DNA of 14,055 nt, from NCBI GenBank assembly GCA_046758505.1, contig JBHIAH010000067.1, positions 1 to 14,055 on the forward strand. The letters are read 5' to 3'. The DNA is from Candidatus Methylomirabilales bacterium. Its GTDB lineage: Bacteria > Methylomirabilota > Methylomirabilia > Methylomirabilales > CSP1-5. The position numbers were made by a program, and so were the translations under genes. The notes under the pieces are model-generated. The model did no database searches. It was not told the origin of the DNA and was given only the letters and a program-made list of their open reading frames with translations. Shown here piece by piece: positions 7,990-14,055 of this stretch; position 1 is the stretch's first letter, and each line of letters opens with the position of its first letter.

Positions 7990-8856
7990 TCAGCGTTCGC
8001 CCCACTTCAGCTTTGACCGGAGGATCTCGTAGTAGCTTTTCTTCGGAGAGACGATCAGCGTGATCTCCCGGTCCGCCCGGCGGACCTCGATCCGGTCCCG
8101 GTAGTGGAGGGGAAAGCCCACCTGCCCGTCCAACGTGAGATACACGTCTTCATTCTGCGATTCGAGAACGACGTCTACCTTCACCGCTTCCGGAAGGACC
8201 AGAGGGCGGTTGGTCAAGGTGTGCGGGCAGATCGGGACCAGGATGAGCGCGTGCATGCTCGGAAACAAGATCGGACCGCCAGCGGAGAGGCCGTAGGCCG
8301 TGGAGCCGGTCGGCGTACAGATGATCAGGCCATCGGCTCGATAGGCGGTGGCATATTCCTGCTCGATGAAGACCTCGAGCTTCACGATACGCGCCAACGC
8401 CCCCTTCGTCACCACCGCGTCGTTTAAGACGATGTGTTCGGCAATCGCCCCCCCCTGTCGCTTGACAGTCACCTGGAGGAGCATGCGCCGGCTCCCCCGA
8501 TACTGGCCTGCGAGCACCGACCCCAAGATCGAGTAAAGCTCATCCAGGGTGATTTCCGTCAGGAAACCCAATCCGCCCAGGTTCACCCCGAGGATGGGAA
8601 CCTCCTCCGACTCGACAGACCTGGCGACCGCGAGGAGGGTTCCATCCCCGCCCAACACCACCACGAGGTCCGCCAACCGCGGCACATCGGCCTTGAAGAC
8701 CCCCCTCTCCCCGACCACGGCCGCGGTGTCCGTGTCAAGGACGACTTCCCGATCTTCTGTCCTGAGCCAGCTGATCAGTTGGCGAACGACCTCCCGGGTC
8801 TCGGGCCGATGCGGTTTCGCCACGATGCCGATACGTTTAAACTGCTTTGTGCCCAT
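7990..8856 (-). CDS. nadK: NAD(+) kinase
   Basis: LGGDGTLL, GVNLGGLGFL, LNDAVV, ADGLIICTPTGSTAYGLSAGGP, PICPHTL..RPLV, DGQ, LRSKLKW. ATG 8856 has GAGGT upstream. Confidence 0.96.
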   Translation of the reverse strand: MGTKQFKRIGIVAKPHRPETREVVRQLISWLRTEDREVVLDTDTAAVVGERGVFKADVPRLADLVVVLGGDGTLLAVARSVESEEVPILGVNLGGLGFLTEITLDELYSILGSVLAGQYRGSRRMLLQVTVKRQGGAIAEHIVLNDAVVTKGALARIVKLEVFIEQEYATAYRADGLIICTPTGSTAYGLSAGGPILFPSMHALILVPICPHTLTNRPLVLPEAVKVDVVLESQNEDVYLTLDGQVGFPLHYRDRIEVRRADREITLIVSPKKSYYEILRSKLKWGER

Positions 8857-8864
8857 CCCGGACC

Positions 8865-9692
8865 TCAGCGGGTCTTCTCTACCGCAAGACGGGGGTCGCG
8901 GAGACCGACGATCTCCTCGATCCATCCCTCTATGTCCTCGCCACCGTCTGGAACCACGCGCTTTCTGGTCAGGTGGACGAAAAACTCTCGATTTCCCTTC
9001 GCGCCCGCGATCGGCGATGCACAGAGACCCCTGACCACCATACCGAGCCCGCATGCTGCACGAGTCACCCGGCGAATCGCCGCGCCCTGTTTGTGGGGAT
9101 CCCGGACCACCCCCCCCTTCCCCACCTCTCCTTTTCCGACCTCGAATTGCGGTTTGATCAGCGCCACGATTCCTCCGGAAGGCGCAAGAAGCGCGGCGAC
9201 CACGGGAATAACGAGCGTGAGAGAGATAAAGGCAACGTCGATCACCACCAGATCAGGCGGCTCGGGCACATGCCCGGGGGTGAGATGCCTGACATTCACC
9301 CGTTCCTGAAGGAGAACGCGGGGATCGTGCCGGAGACGCTCGTGGAAGTGACCGTGGCCCACATCCAGGGCGATGACTCGGGCGGCCCCGGCTTGAAGGA
9401 GACAATCGGTGAAGCCGCCCGTCCCCGCCCCGACGTCGATGCAGAGCTTGTCCTTGACAGAGATGCCAAAGGTGTCGAGCGCGGCCCGAAGCTTGACGCC
9501 CCCTCGGCCGACGTACGGGTGCTTCGGACCCACGATGGTGACCGCCGCGCCGGGCAGGATCAGCGCCCCAGGCTTATCGACGCGCCGACCATCCACCCAC
9601 ACCTGTCCGGCGAGGATCAGCCTCCGGGCACGCTCTCGGCTCTCAACCAGCTCCTCGTCCAGCAGGCACTGATCCAAACGTATGCGCGCCAT
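8865..9692 (-). CDS. tlyA: TlyA-family rRNA (cytidine-2'-O)-methyltransferase with S4 domain
   Basis: RLD (S4), YVGRGGVKL, DVGAGTGGFTDCLLQ.GA, DVAFISL, LIKPQFE, GAKGNREF. Start set at ATG 9692 because the extra 15 codons in the ORF track mostly translate the heptamer repeat. Confidence 0.95.
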   Translation of the reverse strand: MARIRLDQCLLDEELVESRERARRLILAGQVWVDGRRVDKPGALILPGAAVTIVGPKHPYVGRGGVKLRAALDTFGISVKDKLCIDVGAGTGGFTDCLLQAGAARVIALDVGHGHFHERLRHDPRVLLQERVNVRHLTPGHVPEPPDLVVIDVAFISLTLVIPVVAALLAPSGGIVALIKPQFEVGKGEVGKGGVVRDPHKQGAAIRRVTRAACGLGMVVRGLCASPIAGAKGNREFFVHLTRKRVVPDGGEDIEGWIEEIVGLRDPRLAVEKTR

Positions 9693-9702
9693 CACCTCGT
9701 AA

Positions 9703-9777
9703 TCAGCAGTCGGCCATCCGCTATCAGCAGTCAGCATATGAGAAGGATCTGCCGATCGCTGACCGCTGACAGCCTGA
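9703..9777. repeat. Heptamer tandem repeats forming an inverted-repeat hairpin between xseB and tlyA
   Basis: TCAGCAG, TCGGCCA, TCCGCTA, TCAGCAG, TCAGCA (9703-9736), 13-nt loop, then TGCCGA, TCGCTGA, CCGCTGA, CAGCCTGA (9750-9777). Confidence 0.85.
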
Positions 9778-9779
9778 TT

Positions 9780-10019
9780 TTAGCCTTCGCCTTCTTTAAA
9801 CGGCGCCTCTACGACCTCACCTCGCTCCGTCTTCAAAAGGATTGTGATCCGCCGCTCGGCCTCCTCGAGGCGGTGGGTGCACACTTGTGTCAGATGGACG
9901 CCCTCCTCGAAAAGGCGGAGCGATTCCTCCAGGGGAAGCTCACCCGACTCCAAGCGGTTCACCACCGCCTCAAGCTTTGCCAGGGCCTCCTCGAATTTTA
10001 TCTCTTTCTCATCCCCCAT
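9780..10019 (-). CDS. xseB: Exodeoxyribonuclease VII small subunit
   Basis: FEEALAKLEAVVNRLESGELPLEESLRLFEEGV.L...C...L..AE.RI; 79 aa; directly after xseA. Confidence 0.97.
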   Translation of the reverse strand: MGDEKEIKFEEALAKLEAVVNRLESGELPLEESLRLFEEGVHLTQVCTHRLEEAERRITILLKTERGEVVEAPFKEGEG

Positions 10020-10077
10020 CCTGTCCCTACCTGCTCCGTCGCAATCGACGACCCATGCCCCACACTGCTCTTTGCGC

Positions 10078-11286
10078 CTACCCCCTCTGTTCCTCGACCC
10101 GGCAGATCAGTCCCCCTTGACCCAGGAGGACCTCTACCCGTGTCCCCTCCTGCACGGAGGCGGCACGCGTGACGATGCTGAGGTCGGGAAGCCGTCGGCA
10201 GACGCTGTACCCCCGGGCCAGAATGGCCAGCGGGCTCAGCGAATCGAGTTTCGCCGCCACCGTTCTGAGCTCCCCCCGCCAGAGGGCGAGACGATGGCTC
10301 ATACCCGACTGAAGCGCCAGCACCCCATCCCCGAGTCGTTCCCGTTGCCGCTTGATCCGCTCCAAAGGGCTCAGCAGCCGCAGGTGCCGCTCGAGACTCG
10401 CGAGCCGTTCTCCGCTCCGCTCGGCCCGGTTCCGCATCGTATTCACCAGTCGGCTCATGAGGTCGTCCACCCGCTGGGTGAGCTCGGCCTTTCGCGAAAT
10501 GACCAGTTCAGCGGCCGCCGAGGGGGTTGGCGCTCGGACGTCGGCCACGAAATCGGCAATAGTGACATCGGTCTCGTGGCCTACGGCGGAGATCACCGGT
10601 GTCTCGGAGGCATAAATGGCCCGGGCCACTCTCTCTTCATTAAAGGCCCACAGGTCCTCGATGGAACCCCCTCCACGAGCCGTGATGATGACATCGAGGT
10701 CCCCTCGTTTGTTCAGGACCTCGATCCCCTCCACGATCTCGGCTGCGGCTCCCTCCCCCTGGACCCTCACCGGGAAGATCAGGATCTCCACATTGGCGAA
10801 CCGGCGGTGGATAATTTGAAGGATATCCCGAATCGCCGCACCGCTCGGCGAGGTCACCACACCAATCTTTTCGGGAAGAAGGGGGACGGGTCGTTTCCTG
10901 GCGGGATCAAAAAGACCCTCTGCCTCGAGACGGGTCTTCAGCTGTTCAAAGGCGAGCTGGAGCGCCCCGAGCCCCTTGGGTTCCATGTATTCGACATAGA
11001 TCTGGTACTCCCCGCGAGGCTCGTAGATGGTGACGTTGCCAAAGACGACGACCGCGAGTCCGTCCTCAGGTCGAAATTGAAGTCCGCGGTTGTTCCCCCG
11101 GAACATGACCGCGCGGAGCTGTCCCCGGTCGTCCTTCAGCGTGAAGTACATGTGGCCCGAGGTGTGGTGTTTGAAGTTGGAAATTTCCCCCTCGACCCAC
11201 ACCCCGGTAAAGGTATCCTCCAGGAGGACCTTGAGCTCGGCCGTAAGCCCACTAACGCTGTAGACGCGCGGCGCTCGCAATTCCAC
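10078..11286 (-). CDS. xseA: Exodeoxyribonuclease VII large subunit
   Basis: OB fold VWVEGEISNF...SGHMYFTLKD, IGVVTSPSGAAIRDI, ARGGGSIEDLWAFNEE, ISAVGHETD.TIADFVAD.RAPTPSAAAE, LSPLAILARGYS. Confidence 0.98.
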   Translation of the reverse strand: MELRAPRVYSVSGLTAELKVLLEDTFTGVWVEGEISNFKHHTSGHMYFTLKDDRGQLRAVMFRGNNRGLQFRPEDGLAVVVFGNVTIYEPRGEYQIYVEYMEPKGLGALQLAFEQLKTRLEAEGLFDPARKRPVPLLPEKIGVVTSPSGAAIRDILQIIHRRFANVEILIFPVRVQGEGAAAEIVEGIEVLNKRGDLDVIITARGGGSIEDLWAFNEERVARAIYASETPVISAVGHETDVTIADFVADVRAPTPSAAAELVISRKAELTQRVDDLMSRLVNTMRNRAERSGERLASLERHLRLLSPLERIKRQRERLGDGVLALQSGMSHRLALWRGELRTVAAKLDSLSPLAILARGYSVCRRLPDLSIVTRAASVQEGTRVEVLLGQGGLICRVEEQRG

Positions 11287-11291
11287 AGCCC

Positions 11292-13865
11292 CTACTTAAC
11301 ATAGCCCCCCTTCCTTGTCAAACCTTTCGCCGGCCCGTCGTATGAACCCCGCGTCCAGGCCCCGAGCTCCTGTCGATAGGTTGTGTGGGTGACGCCTCCG
11401 TTTCGAAACACAAATGTGACCGCCCCATCGCGGTCCGTCCGAAAGACCTGGATTCCCTGCGCCGCATAGCGCGCGAGGGTCTCGGAATGCGGATGCCCAA
11501 AGGGGTTTCGGTCGCCGACCTGAATCACCGCCCACCGAGGGCCCACCTGCCGGAGAAACAAGGCCGAACTGCTCCCCCGGCTTCCGTGGTGAGGAACCTT
11601 GAGCAGATCGGCCCGCAGACTCACGCCGGCATCAAGAAGTGATGCCTCGCCCGCCTTCTCGATGTCGCCGGTGAGGAGCAGACGGACGTGCCGATAATCG
11701 AGGCGGAGGACGAGAGAATTATTATTGACGCGGGCGGAGCGACGGTCTGCCTCCTGGGCGAGGAACGAACGCGGGGGATGCAGGACCGTGACCATGACGC
11801 CGGCACCGAGGGGGATCCGCTCGCCCCGGTTGATCCGTCGTAGGGGGATCCCTCTTTCCTGGACAAAGGTCTGCAGCCACCGATACGTCCCGGATGTGGA
11901 AGGATATCCGGATTCCCACACCTCCCCCACCGGGAAGTGCACCAGCACCGCCCGCAACCCACGCAGGTGGTCCGGCTGGGGATGCGAGATGGCTACCACA
12001 TCGATACGTCGCACCCACCGGTGCCAGAGATAGGGAGCGACCACCCGTTCTCCGATATCGAAGCGATCGTCCAGGCTCCCGCCGCCATCCACCAACATGG
12101 TTCGCCCGCCCGGCAGCTTCAGGAAGATCGCATCCCCCTGTCCGACGTCGAGAAACGTAGCCTCAACCTTCCGTCCTTCGAACGGAAAAATCTTCCAGGC
12201 AACCTGCCCCAAGAGGAGTATGCTGGTCATGCCGAGGGCAAGCTTCCTGCGCCGCACCGATGGGAAGACGAGAAGCCCAAGCAGGGCGTAGCCCGTCACG
12301 ACCATGAGTGGGGTGGGAGTATAGAGCCGAATGGACGCCAGGGGGAAGCTCGCAAAGACGGAGGCCACCCCGATCATTCCCCGCGCCAAAGCAGACACGC
12401 CGGCCCCCAGGAGGGAAAGCCCGTCTGCAAAGAGAAGCAAGAGAAGGCTATACCCCATCCCAACGGCGGTGAGGCAGCCCCCCAGGGGGACCATGACGAG
12501 GTTGGCCACGATGCCCGTCAGCGAGGCCCGGTTAAAGTGCAGGGCAAGCAAAGGCACCGTCCCCAAGGTCGCCGCCGTCGAGGCGACCAGAGAGGCGAGG
12601 ACCCATCGTGAAAGGCGATGAAGCCCTGAGAGGTCAAAGCGGTGCAGCGCAATCAGAATGGCTCCGGTCGCCGTGAAAGTCAGCTGAAATCCTGCATCGA
12701 ACAGGTACAGAGGATTCCAGAGCAGGAGGAGAAAAGCCGCCAGGGCTACCGTGTTGGTCAGATCCCGCTCCCGCCCGACGACCAGGGCCACCAGGTACAG
12801 GCTCGTCATCAGGGCGGCCCGGAGAATCGGCGGACTTCCCCCCGTGAGCAGGGTGTAAAAGACCACGCCGAGGACAGTGAGCAGGCTCGAGGCCGACCGG
12901 GGGAGATGAAAGCAGCGGCCCACGAAAAAGAGGAGGCCGGCGAGAAAGGCCACATGGAGTCCCGAGATGACAAGGATATGATACGTGCCCGAGCCAAGGA
13001 ACGCTTCGCGAACCTTCGGCGAAAGACCGGAACGGTCTCCGAGAACGATCGCGCGCAGTATTCCCCCCTCCTCCCCGGGGAACGCATTGCGCATCCGGGT
13101 CAACATCGTCTCGCGGAGATCGGAAATACCCCGCAGCATTCGGATCCCCCCGCCCCGGTCCAGAATCCGCACCCTGCCCCGGTCTCGACCCCACCCTTCC
13201 AAATAAAATCCCCTGGTCAGGGCATACCGGCGATAGTTAAACGCCCCTGGATTCCAATATCCGCGCGGACGGCGAAGTCGGAACTCTCCCCGGATCCGGT
13301 GACCATACCGGTACGCCTGGACCGGACCGATGATGCTCAGGCGGGCCTGGCCGGTCGCCGGATAGTGTACCCCTCCCACACGCATCGCCCGGGCCTCCAT
13401 CAGGAAACGGACCCGCCCCTCGCGCCGCCATCCCCCTGCGGGAGGAAAGCGTTCCGGGGGAGAGACGATGGTTCCCTCGAGGTCCACCTTCTCCGTCAGC
13501 AACGTCTCCGGCACCTTGGAGAGGTGCAAGGCTCCGTGGGGATGCATCACGTGCAGGTATCGAAGGGACCCGAAGAGGAGGAAACCGAGCAGCAGGAGGG
13601 TGGAGGCGAGGGCTTCACGCCTAGCCCAGAGGCTAAGCCCCGTCGCCCCCAGGAAGAGGAAAAGGGCGGGCAGCAGAAAACGCGGGTCAAACGGCGGCAA
13701 GAGGGAGGCGGCCAACAGGCCGGACAGGTACGCCAGGACAATGGGAACGAGGGGACGGCGAAAGGGGGTGCCCGGTGACCGCGGACCGTCCGCCGGTACG
13801 GCGTGAATGCCTAACGCATCCCGTGCCCCCTTGCCTCGGGCAATCCCCAATGTGTGTCGGTCCAT
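11292..13865 (-). CDS. comEC: DNA internalization competence protein ComEC/Rec2 (OB/DUF4131, competence and metallo-beta-lactamase domains)
   Basis: NPGAFNY, LGDRSGL, HILVISGLHV, RAALM, GFQLTF, FLDVGQGDA, SHPQPDH, NNNSLVL, LLTGDIE, LKVPHHGS, NPFGHP, RTDRDGAV. Exact start uncertain. Confidence 0.97.
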   Translation of the reverse strand: MDRHTLGIARGKGARDALGIHAVPADGPRSPGTPFRRPLVPIVLAYLSGLLAASLLPPFDPRFLLPALFLFLGATGLSLWARREALASTLLLLGFLLFGSLRYLHVMHPHGALHLSKVPETLLTEKVDLEGTIVSPPERFPPAGGWRREGRVRFLMEARAMRVGGVHYPATGQARLSIIGPVQAYRYGHRIRGEFRLRRPRGYWNPGAFNYRRYALTRGFYLEGWGRDRGRVRILDRGGGIRMLRGISDLRETMLTRMRNAFPGEEGGILRAIVLGDRSGLSPKVREAFLGSGTYHILVISGLHVAFLAGLLFFVGRCFHLPRSASSLLTVLGVVFYTLLTGGSPPILRAALMTSLYLVALVVGRERDLTNTVALAAFLLLLWNPLYLFDAGFQLTFTATGAILIALHRFDLSGLHRLSRWVLASLVASTAATLGTVPLLALHFNRASLTGIVANLVMVPLGGCLTAVGMGYSLLLLLFADGLSLLGAGVSALARGMIGVASVFASFPLASIRLYTPTPLMVVTGYALLGLLVFPSVRRRKLALGMTSILLLGQVAWKIFPFEGRKVEATFLDVGQGDAIFLKLPGGRTMLVDGGGSLDDRFDIGERVVAPYLWHRWVRRIDVVAISHPQPDHLRGLRAVLVHFPVGEVWESGYPSTSGTYRWLQTFVQERGIPLRRINRGERIPLGAGVMVTVLHPPRSFLAQEADRRSARVNNNSLVLRLDYRHVRLLLTGDIEKAGEASLLDAGVSLRADLLKVPHHGSRGSSSALFLRQVGPRWAVIQVGDRNPFGHPHSETLARYAAQGIQVFRTDRDGAVTFVFRNGGVTHTTYRQELGAWTRGSYDGPAKGLTRKGGYVK
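11293..11321 (-). promoter_or_regulatory. Putative internal promoter in the comEC 3' end, possibly giving a leaderless xseA mRNA
   Basis: TTGACA (11321-11316), 17 nt with extended -10 TG, TAAGTA (11298-11293). The GTG start at 11286 follows after 6 nt. Confidence 0.45.
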
Positions 13866-13947
13866 CGGTCACAGGTCATACTGCGTGTCGGGGTGGACGT
13901 CGAAACGCGGAGGACGCATGAGAGCCACACGACCCGGAGCCGCCCCG

Positions 13948-13976
13948 TTGACTGGCCGCCCGGGATGTGATACATG
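13948..13976 (+). promoter_or_regulatory. Putative sigma70-type promoter, divergent from comEC
   Basis: TTGACT (13948-13953), 17 nt with extended -10 TG, TACATG (13971-13976). Same spacing as the two minus-strand sites. Confidence 0.45.
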
Positions 13977-14055
13977 GCTAAAGTTCAAAAGGCGCCCGCT
14001 CAGCAACAAGGGGGGCCCGCCTCCGGCACAGGAGGGAAGTCCCCGAGAACGTTCG

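Noticed and set aside
8857..9054. N-terminal extensions in the ORF track for nadK (to 9054), tlyA (to 9737) and M50 (to 2917)
   Set aside because: They overlap upstream genes or repeats; downstream ATGs give family-typical N-termini.
7868..9777. Heptamer arrays as CRISPR arrays or intrinsic terminators
   Set aside because: No unique spacers, no cas genes, 7-nt units and no U-tracts after the stems.
1475..13778. Long + strand ORFs (1475-2575, 4033-5478, 6926-7870, 8847-10172, 9844-11304, 12642-13778 and others)
   Set aside because: Antisense shadows of well-supported minus-strand genes in GC-rich DNA; no recognisable motifs.
14031..14044. GAGGGAAGTCC resembling the RNase P RNA GAGGAAAGTCC motif
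   Set aside because: Mismatch within the conserved motif, atypical following bases, and the sequence is explained by a local hairpin; truncated by the window edge.

Overview
A GC-rich bacterial chromosomal segment. The TonB-family gene suggests a diderm host; the taxon cannot be fixed from this window. Eleven co-oriented minus-strand genes, in transcription order: comEC, xseA, xseB, tlyA, nadK, recN, TonB-family protein, penicillin-acylase-family (S45) Ntn hydrolase, site-2 (M50) protease, PurM-like/AIR-synthase-family protein, then, after a ~430-bp non-coding gap, a DUF4013-like membrane protein truncated at the left edge. I see no mobile element, CRISPR array, rRNA or tRNA, and I cannot support a clearly new protein system. 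The most unusual signals are non-coding. (1) The 187-614 gap carries a short motif recurring at 126/126/125-bp intervals with a different hairpin between each pair of copies. (2) Two heptamer-repeat hairpins lie where ispA-dxs and argR sit in the canonical xseAB-tlyA-nadK-recN order. (3) Three identically spaced TTGACW-N14-TG-N-TA promoter-like sites lack the -7 T, and two of them imply leaderless or near-leaderless mRNAs. All gene calls come from motif recognition by eye, not database searches.
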